A DNA stretch of 64,000 nucleotides from an uncultured Gemmatimonadales bacterium (GCA_963701965.1 OY969695.1:4832001-4896000), one strand, 5' to 3'. Positions 1 through 12,362 are shown, numbered from the stretch's first letter. The notes: a model not told the origin generated them from the sequence alone. Translations and numbers: made by a program.

Positions 1-1
1 A

Positions 2-775
2 TCGATCTCCCGGGTCCTTCTCCAGACACGTGAGGATGATGCGCTCCAGTCCCCGGGAGATGTTCGCGTTGTGCGTCCGCGGTTTGGCCGGCCGATCCTC
101 GACATGTTGGCGCGCGATCTCGTACCAATCCTCGCCGGTGAATGGCAAGACGCCGGTGGCGGCCCGATAGAGCGTGACGCCGAGGGAGTAGATGTCGGCG
201 CGTCCGTCGAGGGCGAGGCCGCGGGCCTGCTCGGGGGAGAAGTACTGCGGGGTCCCGACGACCATGTTGGTGCCGGTCTGCTGCACGTAGTTCGAGACGG
301 CGCGGGCGATGCCGAAATCCGCCACGATGGCGTTGCCGTGCTCGTCGAACAGGATGTTGTCCGTCTTGATGTCGCGATGGATGACCCCTTCGCGGTGGGC
401 GAATCCGAGCGCGCTGGCGACATCGATCCCGAGCCGGATGAGCACGCCCTCGGGCAGCGTCGGGATGATCTCCAGACGGTCGGGCAACCCTTGCGGGAGA
501 AAGTCCATGGCGAAGTAGACCGCGTCGCCATCCTTCCCGACCGCGAAGATCTTGATAATGTTCGGGTGGCGCAGCCGGGCCGCCGTCGAGGCCTCACGCC
601 GGAACCGTTGCTCGAATTTCTCGTCGCCGGCGTACTGCGGCTTGAGGACCTTGAGCGCGACCGGGATCTCGAGCTCCGGGTCGAACGCCTTGTAGACCCA
701 GGCGAACCCCCCGGACCCAACGACGGCGTCCACCCGGAACTTGCCAAGAGTGCGGCCGAGGTATCGCTCAGGCAA
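2..775 (-). CDS. Hanks-type Ser/Thr protein kinase (3' partial, runs off left edge)
   Basis: Not in ORF track; manual minus-strand translation from TTG 775 gives GSGGFAWVYKA, VALKVLK, HRDIKTDN, DFGIAR, GTPQYFSPEQ. Confidence 0.92.
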   Translation of the reverse strand, partial: MPERYLGRTLGKFRVDAVVGSGGFAWVYKAFDPELEIPVALKVLKPQYAGDEKFEQRFRREASTAARLRHPNIIKIFAVGKDGDAVYFAMDFLPQGLPDRLEIIPTLPEGVLIRLGIDVASALGFAHREGVIHRDIKTDNILFDEHGNAIVADFGIARAVSNYVQQTGTNMVVGTPQYFSPEQARGLALDGRADIYSLGVTLYRAATGVLPFTGEDWYEIARQHVEDRPAKPRTHNANISRGLERIILTCLEKDPGDR

Positions 776-872
776 GGCGAGGCGCCTTTACAGCGGACGA
801 CGGATCAAGTAAACTTCTGGGCTTAATAGAGATACGCTTAGGCGCGGACCGCCGCGGAGAAAATAATACCAC

Positions 873-1133
873 ATGGCATTCCAAAAAGCACCGACCATCA
901 GTAAGTACCATATTCACGAGACCGACACAGGTTCGTCGCGGGTGCAGGTCGCGCTGCTCACTGAACGGATAAACTACCTGACCGATCATTTTCGCGCGCA
1001 CGCCAAGGATCATCATAGCCGCCGTGGGCTGCTGAAGATGGTGGGGCGCCGCCGGCGGCTCTTGAACTACCTCAAGCGCACCGATCTCGAGGGCTACCGG
1101 ACACTGATCGAGACACTTGGGCTCCGTTACTAG
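873..1133 (+). CDS. rpsO: 30S ribosomal protein S15
   Basis: [36 protein letters not shown]; upstream of pnp. Confidence 0.98.
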   Translation: MAFQKAPTISKYHIHETDTGSSRVQVALLTERINYLTDHFRAHAKDHHSRRGLLKMVGRRRRLLNYLKRTDLEGYRTLIETLGLRY

Positions 1134-1154
1134 GACGATCCGATTCACCTCTTC

Positions 1155-1191
1155 GCGCGGGCGCGACGGTTTTGGAGTCGCCCGCGCTTTT
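1155..1191 (+). terminator. GC hairpin with T-tract between rpsO and pnp (terminator or processing stem)
   Basis: gcgcgggcg(cg)ac ... gtcgcccgcgc followed by tttt. Confidence 0.5.
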
Positions 1192-1214
1192 CGTAGTTCC
1201 CCTATCAACAACCA

Positions 1215-3461
1215 ATGCAACGTATAGAGAAGACCTTCGCCGGGCGCCGCCTCGTCATCGAGACCGGCCGCATGGCCAAACAAGCCGCGGGTGCGGCTGT
1301 CGTGACCTATGGCGAGACAATGGTGTTGGCCGCGGTCACCGTCAGTGACAACATTAGTCCCCTCCCGTTCTTCCCCCTGACGGTCGAGTACAAAGAGCGG
1401 ACGTACGCCGCCGGCAAGATCCCGGGCGGATTCATCAAGCGCGAAGGCCGCCCCCAGGATGCCGAGATTCTCTCGGCCCGCATCATCGATCGGTCGATCC
1501 GACCGCTCTTTCCCGAAGGCTTCAAGAACGAAGTCCAAGTCTTCATTTACGTCGTCTCCGCCGATCAGGAGAATGACGCCAATGTGCTGGCCTTGGTCGC
1601 GACGTCCTTCGCCCTGAGCGCGTCCAAGATTCCGTTCGCCGGCCCGATCGCCGGCGTGCGTGTCGGCCGGGTGGAAGACCGCTGGGTCCTGAATCCGACG
1701 TTTCAGCAACTCGGCTACAGCAACCTGGATATCGTGATCGCGGGGAACCGCGACTCGATCGTCATGGTCGAAGGCGGGGCGCTGGAAGTGTCGGAGACCG
1801 ACGTCGTCGACGCACTGGCGATCGGCCATGCCGGCATCAAAGAGCTGATCAAGTTCCAGGAAGAGTTGCTGGCCAAGCTGGCGCCAGTCGCGAAAATGAC
1901 CTGGACCCCGGTGGCGCGGCCCGCGGGGCTCGAGGCGCGGGTCAAGCAAGTGCTGGGGAATAAGCTCGTCGACGCGCTCAATCGCCCGGACAAGCATTCG
2001 CGCATCGAGGCGGTCGAGGCGGCGAAAAAGGAAGTCGCTGTGGCATTGGCCGCCGAGTTCCCGGAAAATGGTCGGGACATTGGGGACGTGGTGGGGGACG
2101 AAGAGTACCGCGCGCTGCGCGCGCAGGTGCTCGATACGAAGCAGCGGGTCGACGGACGCGGGCTCGCCGAAGTTCGGGCCATCACGCCCGAGGTGGGCCT
2201 CCTCCCGCGGGCGCACGGTTCGAGTTTGTTCACGCGCGGCCAGACGCAGGCGCTGGTGGCCGTCACGCTGGGCACGGCGAACGACGTGCAGCGGCTCGAT
2301 ACGATCGACGAAGCCGGCGAGTCGACGAAGTCGTTCATGCTGCACTATAACTTCCCGCCGTTCTCGACCGGCGAAGTCCGCCCCATGCGCGGCACGAGCC
2401 GCCGCGAGATCGGCCACGGGAATCTGGCTGAGCGCGCCCTCCAAGGCGTGTTGCCGTCGTTCGAGGAGTTTCCGTACACGATCCGCATTGTATCCGATGT
2501 GCTGGAGTCCAACGGGTCGTCGTCGATGGCGTCGGTCTGCGGCGGATCGCTGGCGTTGTTCGACGCCGGCGTTCCCATGAAAGCCCCGGTCGCCGGAGTG
2601 GCGATGGGCTTGATCAAAGAGGGCGACCGGTACGCGATCCTGACCGACATCCTCGGGACCGAGGATCACCTGGGCGACATGGACTTCAAGGTCGCCGGGA
2701 CCGACCAGGGCATCACCTCGATCCAGATGGACATCAAGATCCAGGGTCTCGACCTCCAAATCATGCGCGAGGCGCTGACGCAGGCCCTGACCGGTCGGCT
2801 GCACATTCTGGGTGAGATGGCCAAGGGTCTCGCCGAGCCCCGCGGCGATCTGTCGCGCTACGCGCCGCGGATCGTGACTATGACGATCAGCCCCGAGAAG
2901 ATCGGCGACTTGATCGGGCCAAAGGGCAAGACCATCCGCGGGATTCAGGACGAGACGGGCGCCGAGTTGACCGTCGATGATTCCGGCCTGGTCACCATCG
3001 CCGCCGTCGGCGGCGACGCCATGCAGCGCGCCAAGCAGATGGTGCAGGCCCTGACCGCCGAGCCGGTGATCGGCACGACGTACGAGGGCACGGTCAAGAG
3101 CACGACGGCCTTTGGCGCGTTCGTCGAGATCATGCCGGGCACCGAGGCGTTGCTCCACATCTCGGAGATGCGCTGGGGTCGGACCGACAAGACCGAGGAC
3201 GTGGTCAAGAAAGGCGATCGCGTGACCGTCAAGTTGATCGACCCGGACGAGCGGGGCCGGCTCCGCCTCTCGATGCGCGCGCTGACGCCGCGGCCGGAAG
3301 GCATGGCCGACGAGCCCAACGGCGAGCGGAATCGGGAGGGCGGTGGCGAGCCGTCCTTGGTCGGGGAAGGGTCCGGCGGTGGCGAGCGCGAGCGGCGCCC
3401 GCGCCGTGGCGGCGGCGGTCGCGGTGATCGCGGTGATCGCGGCGGCCGGTCGCGCGGGTGA
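1215..3461 (+). CDS. pnp: Polyribonucleotide nucleotidyltransferase
   Basis: GKIPGGFIKREGRP, SNGSSSMASVC, GDMDFKVAG, KH and S1 domains, G/R-rich tail. Confidence 0.98.
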   Translation: MQRIEKTFAGRRLVIETGRMAKQAAGAAVVTYGETMVLAAVTVSDNISPLPFFPLTVEYKERTYAAGKIPGGFIKREGRPQDAEILSARIIDRSIRPLFPEGFKNEVQVFIYVVSADQENDANVLALVATSFALSASKIPFAGPIAGVRVGRVEDRWVLNPTFQQLGYSNLDIVIAGNRDSIVMVEGGALEVSETDVVDALAIGHAGIKELIKFQEELLAKLAPVAKMTWTPVARPAGLEARVKQVLGNKLVDALNRPDKHSRIEAVEAAKKEVAVALAAEFPENGRDIGDVVGDEEYRALRAQVLDTKQRVDGRGLAEVRAITPEVGLLPRAHGSSLFTRGQTQALVAVTLGTANDVQRLDTIDEAGESTKSFMLHYNFPPFSTGEVRPMRGTSRREIGHGNLAERALQGVLPSFEEFPYTIRIVSDVLESNGSSSMASVCGGSLALFDAGVPMKAPVAGVAMGLIKEGDRYAILTDILGTEDHLGDMDFKVAGTDQGITSIQMDIKIQGLDLQIMREALTQALTGRLHILGEMAKGLAEPRGDLSRYAPRIVTMTISPEKIGDLIGPKGKTIRGIQDETGAELTVDDSGLVTIAAVGGDAMQRAKQMVQALTAEPVIGTTYEGTVKSTTAFGAFVEIMPGTEALLHISEMRWGRTDKTEDVVKKGDRVTVKLIDPDERGRLRLSMRALTPRPEGMADEPNGERNREGGGEPSLVGEGSGGGERERRPRRGGGGRGDRGDRGGRSRG

Positions 3462-4744
3462 CCTTTAGCCGCTTCGCGGCTAAGGGCTCAGTCGCCGCTG
3501 ACGAAACGACCGAGGGCCTGCGCGCCACCACGCTCGACAACGGCCTCACCGTCCTCTCCGAGCGCATGCCCGGCGTGCGCTCCGTGGCGCTGGGTGCGTG
3601 GATACGGGCCGCATCGCTGCACGAGACGCCGCGCACCATGGGCGTCTCGCACCTCCTGGAGCACATGGTGTTCAAGGGGACGGAGCGGCGCGACGCCAAG
3701 GAGATCGCGCTCTCGTTGGAGCGGCTCGGCGGCTCGCTCGATGCCTACACGGCCCGGGAACACACGTCGTATCAGGCGCGCGTGCTCGATGAGCACGTGC
3801 GCGAAGCCGCCGATGTACTGGGCGACATGGTGTTCCGGCCGTCGTTGCGGAACGTCGATCTGGCGCTGGAACGAAAGGTCGTCCTCGAAGAAATCGGCAT
3901 GGTCGACGACACGCCGGACGATCTCGTCTTCGAGCTGCACAATGCGGCGTTGTGGGGTGCGCACCCCCTCGGCTACTCCATCCTCGGGACCCGGGAGACC
4001 GTGTCGTCGCTCGGCGTCCGCGACCTCCGGTCGTTGCACGACCGCGCGTATCACCCCGCGCTGACCGTGGTCGCCGCCGCCGGCAACATCGAGCATGATC
4101 GCCTGCTGGAGATACTGGCCGACACGGGTTGGACGGGAGTCCCCACGGGTGACGCGACGCGACTCGTGGCGCCGCCGCCGATGGCGGCGCGCCCGACGAC
4201 CCAGCACGTGGAACGCGAGGGCGCGCAGACCCACATCGTGTTCGGCTCGCCGGCCGTCACGCACGGGGACCCCCGGCGCTACGCCTTCGCGGTCGCATTG
4301 AGTGTCCTCGGCGCCGGCATGAGCTCCCGCCTGTTCCAGCGCGTGCGGGAGGAGCTGGGTCTGGCCTACGCGATCTATACGTTCACTTCCCTCCATGCCC
4401 TGGCCGGCGTGCACGGGGTCTACGTCGGGACAGGCCCGGAGACCGCGGAACAGGCGTCCGATGCCATCCGCAGCGAGTTGGCCCGGCTGGCCGCCGAGGG
4501 GGTCACGCCCGAGGAGTTGGTCGCCGGCAAGAACCAACTCAAGGGACAGATGACGCTGTCACTGGAGAGTGTCACCGCGCGGATGTATCGTGCCGCCAGC
4601 GTGGAGTTGTACGGCGAGCCCTATCGCCCCCTCGACGAGGAGCTGGCGGCGATCGAGCGCGTAGATGAAGATGATGTGCGGGCCGTCTGCCGTGAGTTTT
4701 TCCCGCCGGAGCGTCAGACGGTCGTCAGTCTCGGTCCGGCCTAA
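3458..4744 (+). CDS. M16 family (pitrilysin-like) zinc peptidase
   Basis: Inverted zinc motif HLLEHMVFKGT; GMSSRLFQRVRE. Confidence 0.93.
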   Translation: MTFSRFAAKGSVAADETTEGLRATTLDNGLTVLSERMPGVRSVALGAWIRAASLHETPRTMGVSHLLEHMVFKGTERRDAKEIALSLERLGGSLDAYTAREHTSYQARVLDEHVREAADVLGDMVFRPSLRNVDLALERKVVLEEIGMVDDTPDDLVFELHNAALWGAHPLGYSILGTRETVSSLGVRDLRSLHDRAYHPALTVVAAAGNIEHDRLLEILADTGWTGVPTGDATRLVAPPPMAARPTTQHVEREGAQTHIVFGSPAVTHGDPRRYAFAVALSVLGAGMSSRLFQRVREELGLAYAIYTFTSLHALAGVHGVYVGTGPETAEQASDAIRSELARLAAEGVTPEELVAGKNQLKGQMTLSLESVTARMYRAASVELYGEPYRPLDEELAAIERVDEDDVRAVCREFFPPERQTVVSLGPA

Positions 4745-4762
4745 CGACTACTACTCGAAGCC

Positions 4763-5878
4763 ATGCAAATCGGCGTACCGAAAGAGATCAAGACGAACGA
4801 GAATCGGATCGCGCTCGTCCCCGCCGGGGCCGAGGCGCTGGTCACCGCGGGCCATGCCGTGTCGATCGAGCGCGGCGCGGGCGAAGGCAGCGGGTTCCCG
4901 GATGAGCTGTACACCCAGGTGGGCGCGACCATCGCGCCCGATGCGGCGGCGGTCTGGAAGCGCGCCGACCTCATCCTCAAGGTCAAGGAACCCATCGAGC
5001 CCGAGTGGCCGCACATCCGGAAAGGGCAGACGCTCTTCACCTACTTTCACTTCGCGGCGGACGAGCGCCTGACCCGGGCCCTGATGAAGACCGGGTCGAC
5101 GTGCGTGGCCTACGAGACCGTGGAGCTCCCCACGCGCGAGCTCCCCTTGCTCACGCCGATGTCCGAGGTAGCCGGCCGGATGGCCGTGCAGGAAGGCGCG
5201 AAGTACCTGGAGAAGCTGTACGGGGGCCGTGGCGTCCTGCTCGGCGGGGTGCCGGGCGTGGCCCCGGCCAAAGTCGTGATCCTCGGCGGCGGCATCGTTG
5301 GCATCAACGCCGCGAAGATGGCGGCGGGCTTCGGCGCCAACGTGATCGTGCTCGATATCTCGTTGGAGCGCCTCCGGTACCTGTCCGATGTGATGCCGGC
5401 CAACGTCACGCTGATCCACTCCAATCGTCACAACATCCTGGAGCAGATCTCCACGGCCGACCTCGTCGTCGGCGCCGTGCTGGTCACGGGCGCCAAAGCG
5501 CCCCGACTGGTCCGCCGCGAGGACCTCAAGGTCATGCGACCCGGCACGGTCATCGTCGACGTCGCGGTGGACCAGGGCGGGTGCGTGGAGACGATTCATC
5601 CCACGACCCACGAGAATCCGACGTACGTCGTCGAGGGCGTGATCCACTATGGCGTGGCCAACATGCCGGGTGGCGTGCCGCGCACCTCGACGCTCGCGCT
5701 CACCAACGCGACCTTCCCCTACGCGCAGCAGCTGGCGAACAAGGGGTGGCAGTGCGCCCTCAAGGACAACGCGGCGCTGCTCAAAGGCCTGAACATTGTC
5801 GATGGGCACGTCACGTACCCCGGCGTCGCCGAGGCGTTCGGCATCACCTACGAAGATCCGAAGGCGTTCATCGCATAA
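4763..5878 (+). CDS. ald: Alanine dehydrogenase
   Basis: [35 protein letters not shown]. Confidence 0.96.
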   Translation: MQIGVPKEIKTNENRIALVPAGAEALVTAGHAVSIERGAGEGSGFPDELYTQVGATIAPDAAAVWKRADLILKVKEPIEPEWPHIRKGQTLFTYFHFAADERLTRALMKTGSTCVAYETVELPTRELPLLTPMSEVAGRMAVQEGAKYLEKLYGGRGVLLGGVPGVAPAKVVILGGGIVGINAAKMAAGFGANVIVLDISLERLRYLSDVMPANVTLIHSNRHNILEQISTADLVVGAVLVTGAKAPRLVRREDLKVMRPGTVIVDVAVDQGGCVETIHPTTHENPTYVVEGVIHYGVANMPGGVPRTSTLALTNATFPYAQQLANKGWQCALKDNAALLKGLNIVDGHVTYPGVAEAFGITYEDPKAFIA

Positions 5879-5944
5879 AGCGACGGCGTGTCGCGGACGC
5901 CGTGCTTGATCGTCATTGCGGTGGGGACTACTTTCTTGACTCTA

Positions 5945-6988
5945 ATGCGCTGGCCTTTCTTCAAGACAGGATCGCGGTCTCTTTTCCCGGCGAACGCGAT
6001 CGCCGTGGATCTCGGGACCGCGAACACTCTCGTCTATGTGAAGGGCGAAGGGATCGTCCTCAACGAGCCGTCGGTGGTCGCGATCGACCGCGAGTCGCGG
6101 AAAATTCGCGGCGTCGGCCTCGAGGCGAAGCGCATGCTCGGGCGGACGCCGGATGGCATCATCGCCGTCCGGCCGATGAAGGACGGTGTGATCGCCGACT
6201 TCGACGTCACCGAGAAGATGCTCCGCTACTTCCTCACGCTGATCATCGAGAACCACGTGTTCAAGGTGAAGCCCCGCGTGATCGTGTGCGTCCCCTCGGG
6301 GATCACGGAAGTGGAGCGCCGCGCGGTGCGTGACTCCGCGTTGGGCGCGGGCGCCAAAGAGGTGTTCATGGTCGCCGAGCCCATGGCCGCCGCGATCGGC
6401 GTCGGATTGCCGGTCGAGACGCCGACCGGGAACATGGTCATCGATATCGGCGGCGGCACCACGGAGATCGCGGTCATCGCGCTATCCGGGATCGTCAGCG
6501 ACACGTCCATCCGGACCGGCGGTGACGAGCTCGACGTAGCCATCGTGCAGTTCATGCGGAAGAACTACAACCTGCTGATCGGCGAGCCCACGGCCGAGCT
6601 GATCAAGATCCAGATCGGGTCGGCCGCGCCGGTCGGCGAAGAGCGGGAGATGGAGGTCAAAGGACGCGACCTGGTCTCGGGCATCCCCAAGACCGTCCGC
6701 GTCCATTCGGCCGAGATCCGCGAAGCGATTCAGGAACCCATTCAGCAGATCGTCGATGCCGTCCGGCGGGCCTTGGAGATCACTCCACCCGAGCTCGCCA
6801 GTGACATCGTCGATCGCGGAATCGTCATGACGGGCGGCGGTGCGTTGATCCGTGGTCTCGATCTCTTGTTGAGCCAGGAAACCAGCCTGCCGATTCATGT
6901 CGACGAGGATCCTCTCACGTGTGTCGTTCGCGGTACCGGCCGGATTCTCGACGACGAGGAGAAGTACTGGTCCGTACTCAGCAGTTGA
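5945..6988 (+). CDS. mreB: Rod shape-determining protein MreB
   Basis: [20 protein letters not shown]; start placed at ATG 5945 (ORF track GTG 5888). Confidence 0.97.
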   Translation: MRWPFFKTGSRSLFPANAIAVDLGTANTLVYVKGEGIVLNEPSVVAIDRESRKIRGVGLEAKRMLGRTPDGIIAVRPMKDGVIADFDVTEKMLRYFLTLIIENHVFKVKPRVIVCVPSGITEVERRAVRDSALGAGAKEVFMVAEPMAAAIGVGLPVETPTGNMVIDIGGGTTEIAVIALSGIVSDTSIRTGGDELDVAIVQFMRKNYNLLIGEPTAELIKIQIGSAAPVGEEREMEVKGRDLVSGIPKTVRVHSAEIREAIQEPIQQIVDAVRRALEITPPELASDIVDRGIVMTGGGALIRGLDLLLSQETSLPIHVDEDPLTCVVRGTGRILDDEEKYWSVLSS

Positions 6989-6996
6989 GATAGGGC

Positions 6997-7959
6997 GTGG
7001 CCCGCGCCGTTGCCAGCGGTACACGAACCAATGTCGTCCTCCTGATCGCCAGTGGCGCTCTCGCCCTGATCGCCCTGGCTATGCCGACGCGCTTGCGCGA
7101 TCCGGTCGCTGGTGCCCTGCGCCGGGACCTCGTGGCTCCGCTGATTACCCTCCAAAAGAACGCCGAGCTCGGCCGGCTCATTTTGATCCGGCACGACCAG
7201 GAGACGGCAAGCCGCGACAGCGTCGCGCTCCGCGCGCTCCTGGTCTCGAGCCTCGAGGCCGAAAACGACCGGCTGCGGCGCCTCCTTGGTCTCGGTTCCG
7301 CCCTGCGCTGGGGATTCGTGCCCGCCGAGGCGCTCCACAGCCGCGCGTTGGGTGAGGAGTTTACCATGACCCTGACGGCGGGGTCCCGCAGCGGCGTGCG
7401 TCCCTTCAGCGCGGTCGTGGCTCCAGAAGGGTTGGTGGGAATGGTCGAGACCGTCGACCCTCGCATGTCCTTGGCGATCTCGTTCGCCCACCCGGATTTC
7501 CGGGTGAGCGCGATGACCGCCAATGGCAGCGCGTTCGGGATTGCCAAGGCGCACCTGGGCAGCGGCACCGACCGGTACCTGCTGGAGCTGAGCGGCGTTC
7601 AGCTCAGCACGACCCTCCCATCCGGGACGGTGATCGTCAGCTCCGGCGTCGGCGGCGTCTACCCCCGGGGGATCCCGGTGGGCACCGTCATTCGCGAGCT
7701 CGGACCCCGCGAAGGGTTCACGGAAGGGTGGGCCCGCACGTACCTGCTCCGGCCCGCGGTCAAGCCCCAAGACGTGTCCTCCGTCATGATCCTGGAGCCG
7801 CGGCGCGGCGCCGCGGGCGTTCAGGCGGTATGGGCCGATTCGCTCAAGGCGGATACCGGAGCCGTTGCAACGCCGGGCGACTCCAACGCGTCCCCTGGTA
7901 TGCAGCCGGGGACCGAGGCCGATAGCACCGATGACAATGCCGGAGGCCACGGGCGATGA
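6997..7959 (+). CDS. mreC: Rod shape-determining protein MreC
   Basis: N-terminal TM, ENDRLRRLL coiled coil, SSGVGGVYPRGIPVG; follows mreB. Confidence 0.93.
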   Translation: MARAVASGTRTNVVLLIASGALALIALAMPTRLRDPVAGALRRDLVAPLITLQKNAELGRLILIRHDQETASRDSVALRALLVSSLEAENDRLRRLLGLGSALRWGFVPAEALHSRALGEEFTMTLTAGSRSGVRPFSAVVAPEGLVGMVETVDPRMSLAISFAHPDFRVSAMTANGSAFGIAKAHLGSGTDRYLLELSGVQLSTTLPSGTVIVSSGVGGVYPRGIPVGTVIRELGPREGFTEGWARTYLLRPAVKPQDVSSVMILEPRRGAAGVQAVWADSLKADTGAVATPGDSNASPGMQPGTEADSTDDNAGGHGR

Positions 7960-8444
7960 CGGCGAGCGGCGCGATCCGCTTGGCCGTCGCGTTTCTGGTC
8001 CTCGTGGTCCTGCATTTTTCGGTTCGGCCCCTCCTGGGCTGGCGCGCCGAAATCGACTTTCTCTTGATCGCCGTCCTGCTGGCGGCGGTGCGGCTACGAC
8101 CCGGGACGGCCGCTGTCGTGGGCTGCATCGTTGGGCTCATCGCCGACTCGCTGACGCCGAACGCTTTTGGCGCCGGCGCGCTCGCCATGACCGTCGTGGG
8201 GTATCTTGCGTCATGGTTGAAGGCGGTCTTCTTCGCCGACAACCTCGCTCTCAACGGATTCTTCTTCTTCGCCGGCCGGTGGGCGTTCTGCATCATCTAC
8301 GAGATCGCGGCCCGTCAGACCAGTGGGGCCGAGCTGGTGCAGCAGATTCTCGTCTGGGCGCCGCTGTCGGCCGCGGTGACCGCCGCCGCGGGTGTCGTGC
8401 TGCTCGTCCTCATGCGGCCGCTCTTGGAGCCGGCAACGGCCTGA
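7956..8444 (+). CDS. mreD: Rod shape-determining protein MreD
   Basis: 162-aa hydrophobic protein between mreC and mrdA. Confidence 0.88.
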   Translation: MTASGAIRLAVAFLVLVVLHFSVRPLLGWRAEIDFLLIAVLLAAVRLRPGTAAVVGCIVGLIADSLTPNAFGAGALAMTVVGYLASWLKAVFFADNLALNGFFFFAGRWAFCIIYEIAARQTSGAELVQQILVWAPLSAAVTAAAGVVLLVLMRPLLEPATA

Positions 8445-8445
8445 G

Positions 8446-10218
8446 ATGAGCTTTCATCCGAACGACGTCGCTCGCCGCGCGCGTCTCTCGTCGATCGGAC
8501 TCCTGATCGCGTTCACCATCTTGCTCGGGGCGTTCTTCCGCACGCAGGTGCTGCAAAACGCCCAGTATGTCTTGCAGAGCGAGACGAACCGGCTGCGCGA
8601 GGTGCCGCTTCCGGCGCCGCGCGGGATCATCTACGACCGGGCAGGGCGCGTCATCGCCGAGAACGTGCCGGGCTACTCGGTCTCGATGTTGAGCCCGACC
8701 GCGGATTCGCTGCGCGCCGTGCTGCGCCGCCTGGGGGAGACTATCCCCCTGACCCCGGACCAAATCGATCTGGCGGTCCGCCGCTATCGCCGCGCGCCCA
8801 ACCGCCCCACGGTCATTCTCCCCGACGCCTCGTTCGATGTGGTCTCGGTGCTGGAAGAGCACCGGGTGCAGTTTCCAGGACTGATCATTCAGTCCGCGCC
8901 CAAGCGCCACTACCCGGATGGCGCGGCCGTGGCGTCGTTCGTGGGATACACCGGCGAGATCACCGAGGCCGAGCTCAGCTCACGCGCCTACCGCGGATAC
9001 AAAGCCGGTCAGCAGGTGGGCAAGGGCGGGCTGGAAAAGGAATACGAAGACAAGTTGCGGGGACGCGAGGGGACGCGTTTCGTCGAAGTCGACGCGCGCG
9101 GCCGCGTGGTCCGCGAGGCCGGCGCCCGTCAGGATCTCGTGCCCGAAGGCGCCGCACCGCTGTACACGAACATCGACCTCGATCTGCAGCGGTTCGTGGC
9201 CGCGCAGTTCGGGGACTCGCTGCAGGGTGGCGCGATCGCCATCGAGCCCAACACCGGCGCCGTGCTCGCCTTGCACTCGGCGCCCACGTTCAATCCCAAC
9301 CGATTCATCGGCGGGATTCCACCCGAGTACTGGCACGACCTGACCACGGACCCGCGGCGGCCGCTCTACAACAAGGTCATTCAGGGGCGCTATCCGCCGG
9401 GCTCCACGTGGAAGCTGGCCACCGCGACATGGGCGCTGGAAAATCACATTGCCACGCTCGACGAGGTGATGCCCACGCCGTGCACGGGCGGGTTCCAGTT
9501 CGGCAACCGCTACTTTCACTGCTGGGAAAAGCGCGGCCACGGCTCGATCACGCTGGCCGAGGCGATCGTCAAGTCGTGCGACGTGTATTTCTACCAGCTC
9601 GGTCTCAAGATCGGGCTCTCGCGGCTGATCGCGGGCGGTGTCGCCCTCGCGTTCCGCGAGCGCACCGGCATCGACTTGCCCAACGAGTCGCCGGGGTACT
9701 TCCCGTACGCTATCGACTACTACAACCATCTCTTCGGACCGCGCGGCTGGAATAGCTCGGTGGCGCTCAACCTGGCCATTGGGCAAGGCGAGAACTCGCA
9801 GACGGTCGCTGGAATGGCCAAGTTCTACACCGCGCTGGCCACCGATGGCCAGGAGGCGCGGCCGGAGATCGTCCGGCAAGCGCAACCCTCGCGGACGCGG
9901 ATCTTCACGCTCGACTCCGCGCAATTCGCCGGGCTGCGCCGGGCCATGATGGGCGTCGTCTCGCGCGGAACGGCGGCGGGCGAGCAGATCCAGGGGATGG
10001 TGATGGCCGGCAAGACGGGGAGCGCGCAGAATCCGGAGGACCCGCTCCATACGCATTCCTGGTTCGTCGGGTTCGCGCCCGCCGATCATCCCAAAATCGT
10101 CGTCGCCGTGTTGATCGAATTCGGCGGACATGGTGGACATGCCGCGCGCCTGGCGTCGAAGATCATCGAGCACTATCTGCAAGCCGCGACCGCGTCGCAG
10201 ATCCAGACCGAAGGATGA
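8446..10218 (+). CDS. mrdA: Penicillin-binding protein 2
   Basis: APRGIIYDR, PGSTWK (SxxK), SCD, KTG; ATG 8446. Confidence 0.95.
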   Translation: MSFHPNDVARRARLSSIGLLIAFTILLGAFFRTQVLQNAQYVLQSETNRLREVPLPAPRGIIYDRAGRVIAENVPGYSVSMLSPTADSLRAVLRRLGETIPLTPDQIDLAVRRYRRAPNRPTVILPDASFDVVSVLEEHRVQFPGLIIQSAPKRHYPDGAAVASFVGYTGEITEAELSSRAYRGYKAGQQVGKGGLEKEYEDKLRGREGTRFVEVDARGRVVREAGARQDLVPEGAAPLYTNIDLDLQRFVAAQFGDSLQGGAIAIEPNTGAVLALHSAPTFNPNRFIGGIPPEYWHDLTTDPRRPLYNKVIQGRYPPGSTWKLATATWALENHIATLDEVMPTPCTGGFQFGNRYFHCWEKRGHGSITLAEAIVKSCDVYFYQLGLKIGLSRLIAGGVALAFRERTGIDLPNESPGYFPYAIDYYNHLFGPRGWNSSVALNLAIGQGENSQTVAGMAKFYTALATDGQEARPEIVRQAQPSRTRIFTLDSAQFAGLRRAMMGVVSRGTAAGEQIQGMVMAGKTGSAQNPEDPLHTHSWFVGFAPADHPKIVVAVLIEFGGHGGHAARLASKIIEHYLQAATASQIQTEG

Positions 10219-11465
10219 TGGAGCGCAAGGCGATCGCCGACTGGCCGACGGTGCTGTTCGCGCTGCTCCTGTCGGTGTACGGGATCTTGATGGTGTACTC
10301 CGCCGGGCAGACCGATGCGCCGACGGCGGTCGCCCGCGTCTGGCGCTACCAGGCCATGTGGCTGTGCTTCGGCCTGGTCGGCGCGTTCATCGTGAGCCGC
10401 GCTTCGGTGCGTCTCCTCGAGTGGGTGGCCTGGCCGGCGTATCTGGGGACGCTCGGCATTCTGCTCCTGCTCCGGTTCTTCGGCACGGGTGCCGGCACGG
10501 CGGCCTCCAGCTCGGCGTGGCTCACGATCGCGGGCCATCGCATCGGGCAGCCGTCGGAGCTGGCGAAGATCACCGTCGTCCTCATGCTGGCCCGGACGCT
10601 GGCCCTCCGGCGCGAGGCGCCGAAGACCCTGATCGATCTGTGGGAGCCCGCGCTGGTGGTCGCCGTGCCGTGGGTCTTCGTGCTGCTGGAGCCGGACCTG
10701 GGCTCGAGCATCGTGTTCATCGGGATCTTCTTCGCGATGCTGTACTGGTTCGGGGTGCCCTGGCAGCTCCTGGTGCTGGTCGCGAGCCCGGGGATCAGCT
10801 TGATTCTGGCCTACAGCAAGGGCTTGTGGACGGCGTGGTTTCTCGTGCTCATCGTCCTCATCTGGTCCTACAAGCCGTACCTCTGGGAGGGCATCCTGGC
10901 GGTGTGCGCCAACGTGACCATGGGGATCCTGGCGCCGCTGGCGTGGGACAAGCTCAAACCCTACCAGCAGCTCCGACTGGTGACGTTCCTCGATCCGCTG
11001 CGCGACCCGCGCGCGTCGGGGTACCACGTCATCCAATCCCAGGTGGCAATTGGCTCCGGCGGGTGGCTCGGCAAGGGCTGGACGCACGGTACCCAGAAAC
11101 GATTGGCGTTTCTCCCCGAGCAGCACACGGACTTCATCTTCGCCGTGGTCGGGGAGGAGCTGGGTTTTCTGGGCGTGACCCTCGCGCTCACGCTGTTTCT
11201 CGTGTTGTTCCTGCGCTGCGTCCGCATCGCGTCGCGGGCCAACGACACATTCAGCAGTCTGGTCGCGTTCGGCCTCGCCGCGAGTTGGTTCGTCCACGTC
11301 GGCGAGAACGTGGGCATGACGCTCAATCTCATGCCGATCGCGGGCATCCCGCTGCCATTCTTCTCCTACGGCGGGTCATTCATGCTGGCCAGCTGGCTGG
11401 CCATCGGCATCCTCGTGCGGATCTCCGGCGAAGGCCGCGGAAGAGCTGACGGTCTGGCGATATAG
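10215..11465 (+). CDS. rodA: SEDS glycosyltransferase RodA
   Basis: QPSELAK, LEPDLG, LPEQHTDFIF, PFFSYGGS. Confidence 0.95.
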   Translation: MMERKAIADWPTVLFALLLSVYGILMVYSAGQTDAPTAVARVWRYQAMWLCFGLVGAFIVSRASVRLLEWVAWPAYLGTLGILLLLRFFGTGAGTAASSSAWLTIAGHRIGQPSELAKITVVLMLARTLALRREAPKTLIDLWEPALVVAVPWVFVLLEPDLGSSIVFIGIFFAMLYWFGVPWQLLVLVASPGISLILAYSKGLWTAWFLVLIVLIWSYKPYLWEGILAVCANVTMGILAPLAWDKLKPYQQLRLVTFLDPLRDPRASGYHVIQSQVAIGSGGWLGKGWTHGTQKRLAFLPEQHTDFIFAVVGEELGFLGVTLALTLFLVLFLRCVRIASRANDTFSSLVAFGLAASWFVHVGENVGMTLNLMPIAGIPLPFFSYGGSFMLASWLAIGILVRISGEGRGRADGLAI

Positions 11466-11488
11466 GCGGCCGGGCGTCAGATTGAACG

Positions 11489-12352
<864 letters not shown>

Positions 12353-12362
12353 GCGTGCTCGC

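Noticed and set aside
3380..3461. Short repeats at the pnp 3' end (RGDRGDRGG)
   Set aside because: Ordinary low-complexity PNPase tail, not an array
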